Shown: positions 17,524-26,258 of the stretch, piece by piece
Position numbering within the stretch: the first letter of the stretch is position 1
Layout of the letters: the number at the start of each line of letters is the position of its first letter
From: a virus
Lineage: Duplodnaviria; Caudoviricetes
Length of the DNA stretch: 26,690 bases
Direction: 5' to 3' (one strand)
IMG/VR virus record: IMGVR_UViG_3300049187_000061
Span: 1-26,690 of that record
Notes under the pieces: model-generated
Database searches by the model: none
Seen by the model: the letters and a program-made list of their open reading frames with translations, nothing else
What the model was told of the DNA's origin: nothing
Translations under genes and position numbers: made by a program

Positions 17524-18928
17524 AGTTGCCGCTCCGACCGCCCCTACCAAGAGCCCCTACGACCTGCAAAGGCAGCGGATCGCTGCCGATGCCGCAGCCG
17601 CCGAAAAAGCGCGCCAAGACGCCGTGGAACGGCAACTCACGAATCAGAACATCGGGGATTCCGGGATCCGGCTAGCCCAGCAACGGCACGCGGCGCAGGA
17701 CGTGCGAATGTCGGCCGCACGCGAGCGGGGACAAGTTGACATCAACGAAGGCATGGCCGACGAGAGTCGTCGGGAGGCCGCGTTGGCTCGCGCCCTGCAG
17801 GAGAAGTTAGCGGCGCAGAGCGATGAAACGACCCGCCGCGGTCAGGACATCTCCAAGGAATTAGGCGTGGGAGGGTTGGCCCTGCAGGAGCGCGGAATCA
17901 ATCTGAGCGAGAAGGCGCAGGCCGATTCCCTGGAGCTGGCCAAACAGGGCCTTAACATGGACCAGATGCGCATCGCCCTCCAGGAGCGGGGTATGAACCA
18001 GCAAGACGCTCAGTATTACGCTGGCCTCTCTCAATCGAAAATCCTGGCTGAGCGCGGACTCGATCAGGACGCCATCCGGATCGAACTGCAGAAGCAGGGC
18101 ATGAGCCAACAGGACGCCCAGTACTACGCCGGGCTGGAGCAGCAGGCGACCCAGTTCGACCAAACCCTGCAGGAGCAGAAGACCGCGCGCAACCAGCAAA
18201 ACGCCCAGTTTTACGCCGGACTGAACCAAGCTCGTGAATTGGCCGAGGCGGGCCTCAGCATCCAGCAGCAGCAGGTGGCCCTGCAAGAACAGGGTATGAA
18301 CCAGCAAGACGCGCAGTTCTATTCGGGCCTGCACCAATCCTATGTGCTCGCTCAGCAGGGGATCACCATGCAAGAGGCGGCCATGGACCTCCAGCGCCAA
18401 GGCATGGACCAGCAAAACGCGCAGTTCTATGCCGGCCTTGGGCAGTCCCGAGAGCTCGCGGAACGGGGGTACGGCATCCAGGAAACGGCGCAAGAGCTGC
18501 AGCGGCAGGGCATGGACCAAGAGCAGGCGCAATTCTACGCCAGCCTTTCCCAGGCGAGGTACCTGGCGGAAAAGGGGCTGGATCAGCAGGCCGTTTCCCT
18601 CGCCCTTCAGGAGAAGGGGATGGATCGTCAATTGGCGCAATTCAATGCAACCATGGCCTTCAACTACACCCAGCTCGCCCAGCAGAAGGACTTGACTCAG
18701 AGCGGGCTCACGGCGGACATCCAGAAGGGTGTTCTCGTGGATCAGATGTCGCGGATCAGTACCAGCGACCCGAATTACGGGTCCAAGATGTACGACCTGC
18801 TTAGCAACTTCGGCCTTGCCGCGTCGGTGTTCCCGGGAGGTCGCCCGGCCCTGGCTGAGACGGTAACTGTCACACCCACGACCGATTCCACTCAAACCAC
18901 GACAACCTACCGCGGGCAAAGATACTGA
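17516..18928 (+). CDS. Putative DNA-ejection (pilot) protein, Gln-rich with 36-aa repeats
   Basis: ATG 17516 after GAGGG; IGDSGI motif, helical Gln/Ala-rich repeats; first gene after the nozzle. Confidence 0.7.
   Translation: MPEVAAPTAPTKSPYDLQRQRIAADAAAAEKARQDAVERQLTNQNIGDSGIRLAQQRHAAQDVRMSAARERGQVDINEGMADESRREAALARALQEKLAAQSDETTRRGQDISKELGVGGLALQERGINLSEKAQADSLELAKQGLNMDQMRIALQERGMNQQDAQYYAGLSQSKILAERGLDQDAIRIELQKQGMSQQDAQYYAGLEQQATQFDQTLQEQKTARNQQNAQFYAGLNQARELAEAGLSIQQQQVALQEQGMNQQDAQFYSGLHQSYVLAQQGITMQEAAMDLQRQGMDQQNAQFYAGLGQSRELAERGYGIQETAQELQRQGMDQEQAQFYASLSQARYLAEKGLDQQAVSLALQEKGMDRQLAQFNATMAFNYTQLAQQKDLTQSGLTADIQKGVLVDQMSRISTSDPNYGSKMYDLLSNFGLAASVFPGGRPALAETVTVTPTTDSTQTTTTYRGQRY
17978..18650 (+). 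repeat. 108-nt degenerate coding repeats (LQxQGMxQQxAQFYAGL...)
   Basis: Units start at 17978, 18086, 18281, 18389, 18497, 18605, with one extra shorter unit between 18086 and 18281. Confidence 0.9.
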
Positions 18929-18943
18929 GGATAAGGAGAACCC

Positions 18944-19222
18944 ATGCCACTTCCACTACTCCCTATCATTGGCGCAGCCCTCCTTGCGAAGGCGGGCGCA
19001 GACATTTATTCCGGCGTCCGGAGCTCCCGAGCGGCGGATCGGGCTGCTGAGGCCGCCAAGAAGGATGCGCGCCGGGCCGCTATTGAGCGCGCCATGGGCG
19101 GAACCGCCCTTGGTCGCGGACCCACCATCGTCAACCCACCCGACTTGACCATCCCCAGCGTCTTCGGAGGGTTGGCTGGTGTGGCAGGGTCGGTTGCGGG
19201 AATGAAATACGGCGGAGGGTAG
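18944..19222 (+). CDS. Small putative ejection protein
   Basis: TAAGGAG RBS; hydrophobic Gly/Ala N- and C-termini around a basic helix, like small podovirus internal proteins. Confidence 0.65.
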   Translation: MPLPLLPIIGAALLAKAGADIYSGVRSSRAADRAAEAAKKDARRAAIERAMGGTALGRGPTIVNPPDLTIPSVFGGLAGVAGSVAGMKYGGG

Positions 19223-20434
19223 ATGCCCACATATTACGACACCGAGCTAGAGAACCAGCAGAAGACGGGCAAGTTTACCAACGTCGCCCTGCCCGTGCTG
19301 GCAGCTCTGGAGGCCATTGGGACAAGCATTGCCACCAAGGGGCACAATCCCTCCTCTCATGCCCTAGGAATCTACAAGGACATCCAGAGCGCCCGGAGCG
19401 CAGCATTGGAGCGCGCGTTAGGCCGCGATAAGGCCAAGGCCGACACCGACCGGGATTCCAAGCTCCTGGGCTTCCAGGAGGCCGAGGAAGGCCGCCGAAA
19501 GTCCGAGCATGAGCGCGAGAACAAGACCCGGGAAGCGGAAAAACTGAGGGTGGATGCCATCCGGCGGAAGCTTCTGGGTTCCCCAGCGGAAATGGATCCT
19601 ACGGGGGTCGAAGCCAAACCCGCGGTCCCGGGGGTAGCGGACCTGACCGATCTCGACAAGGCCGCCATCGAGGCAGATCCGATCGGGTGGTTGACCAACA
19701 AACTGAAGCCGCAATCCGTCAGCGTCCTCGCGGCCGATGGCGGGTTCTTTACCATGCCGAAGGCAGGAGGGGTCGCGACCCCCGTGCAGACCGCCGGGGG
19801 AGCCCCCGTCAAACCCGCGCCGCGTCCGGTGGGGGTTGGTAAAACCCCCGAGCAAATCGCCGCCGAATCTAAAGCCCGCGCCCTGGGCGCTGCCGAGGCC
19901 GAAAAGGAGGTCGCCGGTAAGACCTCTATCCCAGGTCTTGCCGCCCTGCCTGGCGCCACCATCACCAATGATGGGATCAAGAAAGTCCAGGACATCGCCA
20001 TCCGCAAAGACGAGTTGGTCAAGTCAATCGACCGGCTTCAGCAACTCTACAAGCAGCACGGTACAGAGATTTACGGTGATGCGGCCCGCGAGATGGAGAG
20101 CTTAGTCAAAGGCATCCAGCTCACCGCCAAGGAATTCTACAACCTCGGTGTCCTGAACGGTCCGGACTTGGGGCTCATGGAAACCATGATCGCCAATCCT
20201 ACCGGCATGAAGGAAAAACTGATCAGCATGACTCCAGGCGCCGGGGATCCGGTGCTGCCGAAGCTGAAAGAGGCCAAAAGCCTGATTGACAACCGGTTCA
20301 AGTCCACGATCAACCGCTATGGGTTCCAGGAGGCGGGCGGGAATTCCGGCCAAATCCCCGAAGGAACCGAAAAGATCAACGCCCAGGGCGCCAAGGTGAG
20401 AATGACGGGTGGAAAATGGCAAGTGGTGCAGTAA
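19223..20434 (+). CDS. Putative ejection/internal virion protein
   Basis: GGAGG RBS; 403 aa mostly helical; KEFYNLGVLNGPDL motif; C-terminal G.KVRMTGGKW. Confidence 0.65.
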   Translation: MPTYYDTELENQQKTGKFTNVALPVLAALEAIGTSIATKGHNPSSHALGIYKDIQSARSAALERALGRDKAKADTDRDSKLLGFQEAEEGRRKSEHERENKTREAEKLRVDAIRRKLLGSPAEMDPTGVEAKPAVPGVADLTDLDKAAIEADPIGWLTNKLKPQSVSVLAADGGFFTMPKAGGVATPVQTAGGAPVKPAPRPVGVGKTPEQIAAESKARALGAAEAEKEVAGKTSIPGLAALPGATITNDGIKKVQDIAIRKDELVKSIDRLQQLYKQHGTEIYGDAAREMESLVKGIQLTAKEFYNLGVLNGPDLGLMETMIANPTGMKEKLISMTPGAGDPVLPKLKEAKSLIDNRFKSTINRYGFQEAGGNSGQIPEGTEKINAQGAKVRMTGGKWQVVQ

Positions 20435-22599
20435 AAACCGATTGGTCGCGCTATGAACTGGACGACAACGGCGATTTCCTGACCGACGACGAGGGGAACT
20501 TTGTTGAAAGGGCCGTCCCAGCCGCGCCCAAATCCAACCTTCGTGAGGACGTGACATTTGCCGGCTCCGAGAAAGCGGGCAAGGGAGCATCCGCTGTCTT
20601 TCCCCGCACCGCCAAAGCCGTTGGTGAAGGAAAGGGGTACGGATCCCAGGCGCTTGCCGCGGGCGTGGACCTCCTCAGTCTTCCGGGCCGGACGATTGCC
20701 TCCACCCGAGGCGGAGAGGCGGGCGCAAATCCTTTTTCCTACGGCAAGCCGTTTGGCTTTAACCCCGAAGCGCTAAGAGCCTCGCCGGGAAGTGGCGAAT
20801 CACTGGAGGCGCTGGCCGAAACCAAGGGAAAAAGCTTCGGCGGTCGCATTGTCCGCGATCCGGGCATGGCCGCCGCGCTTCTATTGGCTCCGTTTACGGG
20901 TGGTCTCTCGTCGCTTCCCGTCTATGGCCGCTTGGCCGCCCAGGGGACCGCCGCTGGTGCCGCGAGCGCAGGCGCGCACCAAGCGGACAACGTTCTGGAA
21001 GGGGAGGGAGTCAAGGCCGGCCAGGCCCTGGGCGAGATCGCGTTGAACGCCCTAATCCCGATGGCGGGCAAGGCCATCGCCCAGCCGTTGAAAAAGGCAG
21101 GGGTGAAGATTCTCCATTCCGTCATCAAGCCGGAAAAGGCCGTTCTGAAAGCCGGGTATGGCCGTCCTGGGGACGCTATGCACGGCACCCGCGCCATCCT
21201 GGAATCCGGACGCGGGGGGACCTTGAAAAGCTCCCTGGAGCAGGTGGAGAGTCGCGCGGATGAATTAGGCGATCTGGTCGAGGATATCCTCCTCCAGAAG
21301 TCCCGCAAGGCCACGATTACGACCCCCGGCGCCAAGCCCGCCCCCTCCGCCACTCCGCGCGGCGTGGAAACCACCGGCCGCCCGGTCTCCGAAGCTGCCG
21401 ACGACGTGATCTTCACCGGGACCCCTGGGAAACCGGCCCTGGGCGGCCTCCAGGCGCTTCCCGAGTCTACGGTACCCGGAGCCCCGGACGTGGTTCCGGC
21501 TGGCCCTCCCACCTCTCCGGCTCTCCTAGAGCGGACCCGCGGGACGCCTGAAGTCCTGACCACCCCGCCCCCGCGCCCTCGCTCCCAGCCTCCGGAGGTG
21601 GTCATCCCGCCCAATCGGACGGCGATGCCGAACCAGATCGATCCGCGGTTTGTGCGCCCGCAGGCGCGCAGCACCACTAACCAACCTCCCATTCCGGACG
21701 CCCTGCCTGGCGAAGCCTACGGAGTCCCCTCCGGGCGTAACCTTCCCGCTGCTTTGGGGAATCGACAGGTTCAGGGCGTCGCCGAAGCCGCCGAAGACCT
21801 AGCCGAAGCCGTAGGTGCGACTCCCGAGGAGGTCTTACGCTTCATCGAGGCGCCCGCGGGAAAGCCGACCGTGCAGGCCGGCGGCGCCTCCGCAGGTGCT
21901 GCGCCCCAAGGCCGCGCCCTGCCGCCCGGAGCCCAGGACCCCCCCGGGACTACCCGGGACATTACCAAAATCGTAGACCTTTTAGGCGCCCTGCAGGGGG
22001 CAAAGAAAGGCCTCGGCCAGGAAATGGCCGCCTATGAGCATGCCGGGCTCCTCGATGACATTGGCTCCGGCGTTTCCCAATGGGCCGATGATATTGGCGC
22101 CCGCGGTACCGGCGTAGTCACCCCGCTTCAGGCGCTCAAGTACCAGCGTGGCGTGGGCAAGTTCGGGAAATTCGACTACGGTCAGAACCCCCAGCTTATC
22201 CCGCCAAAATCTCGAGTCGCCAATAAATTCTACGAGCGTATCGGTGACAAGCTGGAGGAGGTGGCCCCCGAAATTGGACCCCTTCGCCGCGAGCAGTCCG
22301 AGCTGATCCCTCAGCGCATGGCCCTGATGGCGGCTCTGGCCAGGACGGATAAGAATTTCGCCTTGCAGCTCAAAGAAGCAATTGCCGCAGCAAGCGCCAT
22401 GGCGGGCGCGGGAGCGGCAGGGCCTGCAGGCGCCCTGCCCGGCCTCAGCTTGGCGGGAACGATTCACGCTTCGCAAAGCCCTCGTGTTGCCAATGCCTTG
22501 TACAAGGCGGGCGGGTCACTGGACAGAGAAAGTGCGATGCGGGATGCAGTGAAGCGGCTCCTGCTTCAGGCGGGATTCAGCGAGCCCCAAGAGCCATGA
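20416..22599 (+). CDS. Large putative ejection/internal virion protein
   Basis: 727 aa, Gly/Ala-rich membrane-like segments, central Pro-rich tract, SPRVANALYK near end; exact start uncertain. Confidence 0.65.
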   Translation: MASGAVKTDWSRYELDDNGDFLTDDEGNFVERAVPAAPKSNLREDVTFAGSEKAGKGASAVFPRTAKAVGEGKGYGSQALAAGVDLLSLPGRTIASTRGGEAGANPFSYGKPFGFNPEALRASPGSGESLEALAETKGKSFGGRIVRDPGMAAALLLAPFTGGLSSLPVYGRLAAQGTAAGAASAGAHQADNVLEGEGVKAGQALGEIALNALIPMAGKAIAQPLKKAGVKILHSVIKPEKAVLKAGYGRPGDAMHGTRAILESGRGGTLKSSLEQVESRADELGDLVEDILLQKSRKATITTPGAKPAPSATPRGVETTGRPVSEAADDVIFTGTPGKPALGGLQALPESTVPGAPDVVPAGPPTSPALLERTRGTPEVLTTPPPRPRSQPPEVVIPPNRTAMPNQIDPRFVRPQARSTTNQPPIPDALPGEAYGVPSGRNLPAALGNRQVQGVAEAAEDLAEAVGATPEEVLRFIEAPAGKPTVQAGGASAGAAPQGRALPPGAQDPPGTTRDITKIVDLLGALQGAKKGLGQEMAAYEHAGLLDDIGSGVSQWADDIGARGTGVVTPLQALKYQRGVGKFGKFDYGQNPQLIPPKSRVANKFYERIGDKLEEVAPEIGPLRREQSELIPQRMALMAALARTDKNFALQLKEAIAAASAMAGAGAAGPAGALPGLSLAGTIHASQSPRVANALYKAGGSLDRESAMRDAVKRLLLQAGFSEPQEP

Positions 22600-22714
22600 G
22601 GACAAAAACGCCGAGAATGATCCAGTAGTAGGGATTCCCCCAATCCTTGGCATAGGTATTGAAGATCACGAAAATGACCGCCGCCACAAAACCAAGGACA
22701 ATCAAGGCCTCCAT
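22577..22714 (-). CDS. 45-aa two-TM antisense membrane protein, candidate superinfection exclusion factor (not in ORF track)
   Basis: MEALIVLGFVAAVIFVIFNTYAKDWGNPYYWIILGVFVLMALGAR-TGA; own promoter; lies between ejection genes and tailspike. Confidence 0.7.
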   Translation of the reverse strand: MEALIVLGFVAAVIFVIFNTYAKDWGNPYYWIILGVFVLMALGAR

Positions 22715-22721
22715 CTTGGGA

Positions 22722-22750
22722 AAGCTATTTCAGCCCATTACAGCAGTCAA
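22722..22750 (-). promoter_or_regulatory. Sigma70-type promoter giving a probably leaderless mRNA
   Basis: Minus strand TTGACT-17 nt-TAGCTT, then 7 nt to ATG; no Shine-Dalgarno. Confidence 0.65.
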
Positions 22751-22775
22751 CCTCAAATCCCGCAAGGCCCTGTAA

Positions 22776-25214
22776 GTGGCCGCCGGGAAGCGATACAAGC
22801 GGTTTGCCGGCCATTCGGTCAACAACGCCAGTTACCATAACGAGAACTGGGACCGATTCCACGGCGGAAACGAGCTGCGGGATGTGGCTTTTGACTCGCT
22901 TGCAGACGCTTTAGCAGACATCGGTACAGCGACTAAAACTCTTTATGTCACCACCCAGCACCGGATTGCCCGGAGCACAATCATCCCCGCCAATGTCACC
23001 CTGATTCCCCTGGTTCCGCGCTGCATTGCCCTGGGGAATGGCGTCACGCTCACCATCAACAGCCCGTTCCCGGACGTGGATTTTCAGGTCTTCACCCGCA
23101 CCGGGACGGGGACGGTGCTATTTGGCCCCGACTCCACCCCCTGCCCGAGTTCCCGGTGGTTCGGGTCCGCCAGCCTCACAGATTCCACGTCGGCCATCAA
23201 TTGGGCGATCAGCGTGGTTGTTGCCTCCGCTTCGAACTTTGTCCGCAAGCTCCGGATCCCGGCCGGCTATCACTACATCTCGGGCCGCTTGGCGTTAGAC
23301 CGGAACTCCATCTCGATTTGTGGCGACGGGCAACAGGCTACCTTCCTGGCCTTCCGGGTCGAAACCACCCTTTCCTTTGCCTCCACCGGCTTCACCGGCT
23401 TCGTTAATGGGGATGTCACCAAGACCATCCGCTCGACTACGGTCATGCTGCGGATGTCCTCCGCGGGCTACACCACCTCAACCTCTACCGATATCGGAAA
23501 AGAGGTCCAGAACGGCACCGGAGGAACGGGGATCCTGGTGCGGCGAGACAATAGCGGGGTGCGCCCGTTCTGGGAGATCCGGGTCACGGCCGGCAGCTTC
23601 GCGAATGGGAATTCCGTCTCCATCCCTACCGGAACCGGGGCGGGGACGGTCGATGCGGCGCCCGAGACCATCACCAACGAAGGCACCATTACCGCCATCG
23701 ACAATACCGCCCGGACCTGTCGGGTCCAGATGACCGCCGGGTACTTCTGGGCCCACGCCTCCGCCGCGGTGGTGAGCGGCATTGGCGGCGGGACCCTTTC
23801 GGCGGACGCGGTGGATGACGCGGATTCGTGCATTGCCATTTCCCCCGATGGGTCTGGAGACCGACACGAATATTGCAAGATCACGGATATCGGCTTTGAC
23901 TGCGTGTACAAAAGCAAATCCGTCGCCATCGACATCAGCAACAGCCCGAACACCACCATCCGGGACTGCTACGCCACCGGGTTCTGGGATGGGCTCCAGG
24001 GCGGGGACTGCTGGAACTCCAAGTTGGACGGGTTCACGTCGATTCTCAACCGCCACCATGCGATCAGCCTCCCGGCCAATTCCAACGCCATGACCCTCCT
24101 CGGGTGCGTGGCGACGTGCGAGGAGGCGACGGGCACCCGGGACCTCTATGTGGAGTCCTCCAAGGGTGTCAACGTCATCGGGGGCTCTTGGGAAGACGCC
24201 CAATGGGCGGTGGAAATCCAGGCCAGCCAGGTCACCTGGAGCGCCTACAGCGTCGAGTCCTGCACCGATGGAGCCTTTGCCATCACCGGGAATGACTCCC
24301 TGCTCAAGTACATCGGCGGGCTCATCTTTAACCCCGGCACCGTGGCGGTGTTCAAATCCTCGGCCAGCGATGCCTTTATTGACGTGGATACCCTGAAGCT
24401 CGAAACGCCCTCGGTGGACCCGGCGAAGGTCTTTGTGATGGCTGGCGCATCCTCCGTGGCCTTTGGAAAAATCAGGGCGGACGAGGCGCGTTTTGAGGAG
24501 GGGGGGGCGGACTTCTACACCGTCGCCACCGGCACCGTCAAGTCCAAGGTCAATTCCAACATCTTCTCGAACCCCTACAGCTCCTCTGCGCATACCACGG
24601 AGATCCAGGCCGCGACCACGGGGTTTGGCTCGTACCTCACCAACCTGATTGGCAACGGCGGGTATTACGCTAAGGCGGGAAACAACAAGACCAATGACGG
24701 GACCGAGGCGGAGTTTGAAGGGCGGGATATCGCCGATGAGCTACTGTTCCGCGTCAACTCGGGCGGCCTCACGGAGATCCGCCAGCCGGTCGCCGGCACC
24801 AAGATCCTCAGCCTGAAGACGCAGGCGACCAACGATGACGTAGAGGAAATCACCTACCAAAACCGCGTGGCCACCGTCGATGCCACCGTGACCACCCTCC
24901 ATACCTTCATCCTCTCCGCTTCCGTGACCCATGCCATCGAGGCCATCGTCATCGCGCGGCGCACCGGAGGGGCAGCGGGCACGGCCGAGGACGGGGCCCG
25001 GTATCGCATGTCAGCGGCCTTCAAGATGGTCGCGGGGGTGGCGACGATCATTGGGGCCGCCACCATTCTCGCCGACGAGGACCAGCCGGCGTGGGATGCC
25101 GCCTTTGTGTCCTCGGGACTGGCGGACGGGGTGCTCCGAATCCGCGTCACGGGCGCGGTGGACAACAACATTACCTGGCATATGGTCGCCCGGACCTACA
25201 TCGTGTCCACCTGA
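22776..25214 (+). CDS. Tailspike / receptor-binding protein with pectate-lyase-like beta-helix
   Basis: DSTSAINWAI, LRIPAGYHYI, ISICGDG motifs followed by Asn/Cys-ladder beta-helix repeats and a C-terminal beta domain (LRIRVTG...ITW); GTG start uncertain. Confidence 0.8.
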   Translation: MAAGKRYKRFAGHSVNNASYHNENWDRFHGGNELRDVAFDSLADALADIGTATKTLYVTTQHRIARSTIIPANVTLIPLVPRCIALGNGVTLTINSPFPDVDFQVFTRTGTGTVLFGPDSTPCPSSRWFGSASLTDSTSAINWAISVVVASASNFVRKLRIPAGYHYISGRLALDRNSISICGDGQQATFLAFRVETTLSFASTGFTGFVNGDVTKTIRSTTVMLRMSSAGYTTSTSTDIGKEVQNGTGGTGILVRRDNSGVRPFWEIRVTAGSFANGNSVSIPTGTGAGTVDAAPETITNEGTITAIDNTARTCRVQMTAGYFWAHASAAVVSGIGGGTLSADAVDDADSCIAISPDGSGDRHEYCKITDIGFDCVYKSKSVAIDISNSPNTTIRDCYATGFWDGLQGGDCWNSKLDGFTSILNRHHAISLPANSNAMTLLGCVATCEEATGTRDLYVESSKGVNVIGGSWEDAQWAVEIQASQVTWSAYSVESCTDGAFAITGNDSLLKYIGGLIFNPGTVAVFKSSASDAFIDVDTLKLETPSVDPAKVFVMAGASSVAFGKIRADEARFEEGGADFYTVATGTVKSKVNSNIFSNPYSSSAHTTEIQAATTGFGSYLTNLIGNGGYYAKAGNNKTNDGTEAEFEGRDIADELLFRVNSGGLTEIRQPVAGTKILSLKTQATNDDVEEITYQNRVATVDATVTTLHTFILSASVTHAIEAIVIARRTGGAAGTAEDGARYRMSAAFKMVAGVATIIGAATILADEDQPAWDAAFVSSGLADGVLRIRVTGAVDNNITWHMVARTYIVST

Positions 25215-25417
25215 TGCGCGGCCCCCTGCTCTTTGCCCTGGTTCTGGCGGCCTGTAGCGGCGGCCGGCCCCTGGAGTACACCGACGACCCGCCTGCCCCT
25301 GTGGACAGCTCCCGGGCGCTCCAGGAGGCCCTACAGCGGGCCCTGGACAGCCTGGAGCGGGAGCGGTGCAAACCGCCTACTTGCTACCCGGATCCGAAGC
25401 CTCCCGCCCCTCCGTGA
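25214..25417 (+). CDS. Small Pro-rich lipoprotein (o-spanin-like architecture)
   Basis: TGATG coupling; signal MRGPLLFALVLAA-C lipobox; 67 aa with Pro-rich, two-Cys tail. Confidence 0.6.
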   Translation: MRGPLLFALVLAACSGGRPLEYTDDPPAPVDSSRALQEALQRALDSLERERCKPPTCYPDPKPPAPP

Positions 25418-25460
25418 CCGGGGACACTTTCCAGCCCCCGGGGAATCCTATTTTCCCGCC

Positions 25461-25700
25461 ATGGACCTCTCGCAGCACCGGACCACCGAGCTTCAGGCGA
25501 CCCTGATCTCCACCCTCAGCTATGCGGAGAAATGGGAGGCCAGGTGGAACGCGGCTACCACGGCCCAGGAGAAAATGGACGCCTTCCTAAGCTGGGACGC
25601 CATGTACCGAGCCAAGGAAGAGATCAAAGCGGAGCTGAGGCGCAGGGGTGAGCCGGCGAACGACTGGACGGACCCGAAGCCGCCGAGGCGGTTGCCGTAG
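25461..25700 (+). CDS. Hypothetical helical protein, 79 aa
   Basis: ATG 25461 six nt after TATTTT (leaderless-type layout); ends IKAELRRRG... Confidence 0.6.
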   Translation: MDLSQHRTTELQATLISTLSYAEKWEARWNAATTAQEKMDAFLSWDAMYRAKEEIKAELRRRGEPANDWTDPKPPRRLP

Positions 25701-25723
25701 CGAAATTAGAGCTTCTTGCGGTT

Positions 25724-25755
25724 AGTATACGAAATTTGATCAAATTCGGTATACT
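25724..25755. promoter_or_regulatory. 32-bp AT-rich imperfect palindrome, candidate operator
   Basis: AGTATAC-GA-AATTTGATCAAATT-CG-GTATACT, upstream of an HTH gene. Confidence 0.6.
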
Positions 25756-25794
25756 GCCTACACAAATCGCCTCTTGTACGTATATTGAGTCAAG

Positions 25795-26217
25795 ATGTCG
25801 GCTCAAGCGGAACTCGGGAAACGTGAAATTGCGCAGGGGTTGCGGCGCGAAGCTCAAAAACTGCTCGTTCAGGCCAAAGAGCTGGAGTCAAAGGCCGCTT
25901 CACTTTTCCAGTCCGCCGCCATCCTGGATGGCCATGAGGTCCAGCTCAATTTACCCCTCGACCCGGCGCCCATCGCCGACGGCGGGCCACCCCCGCCGCG
26001 AGCCCCGAAGGGTACGCGCCGTTCCCAGGTGAGGGGCCTGATTCTGCTTGCCGGCCCGCTCTCGCGCGCGCAAATCCGGGAGCAGACCGGTATCCCCAAA
26101 GGTACCCTGGATCACCTGCTGAATGAGAAAAACGGATTCCTCCCGATGCCGGACGGCCGGTGGGATCTGATGCCGGACAAGGCCAATGAAACCGCGGAGG
26201 ATGTTCTAGGGATATAA
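25795..26217 (+). CDS. Coiled-coil plus C-terminal winged-HTH DNA-binding protein
   Basis: N-terminal heptads, Pro linker, GPLSRAQIREQTGIPKGTLDHLL...DGRWDL wHTH pattern; TATATT 8 nt before ATG. Confidence 0.7.
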   Translation: MSAQAELGKREIAQGLRREAQKLLVQAKELESKAASLFQSAAILDGHEVQLNLPLDPAPIADGGPPPPRAPKGTRRSQVRGLILLAGPLSRAQIREQTGIPKGTLDHLLNEKNGFLPMPDGRWDLMPDKANETAEDVLGI

Positions 26218-26220
26218 AAG

Positions 26221-26252
26221 AGAAAACCCACCCGGATAGGGGTGGGTTTCTC
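26221..26252. terminator. Intrinsic terminator, possibly bidirectional
   Basis: AAACCCACCC-ggatag-GGGTGGGTTT 10-bp stem immediately after the HTH gene stop. Confidence 0.7.
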
Positions 26253-26258
26253 GAAGGT

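Noticed and set aside
17978-18650. CRISPR array or DGR template/variable repeats
   Set aside because: Repeats are in-frame, synonymous-degenerate coding units; no cas or reverse transcriptase gene and no adenine-specific mismatch pattern seen.
25736-26032. 98-aa ORF overlapping the palindrome and HTH gene
   Set aside because: Alternative frame of the wHTH gene starting inside a regulatory palindrome; no coding signature.
47-26217. Genome-wide TAG reassignment (alternative genetic code)
   Set aside because: Genes are full length under code 11 and TAG-ended genes such as the portal are followed by out-of-frame genes with their own RBS.
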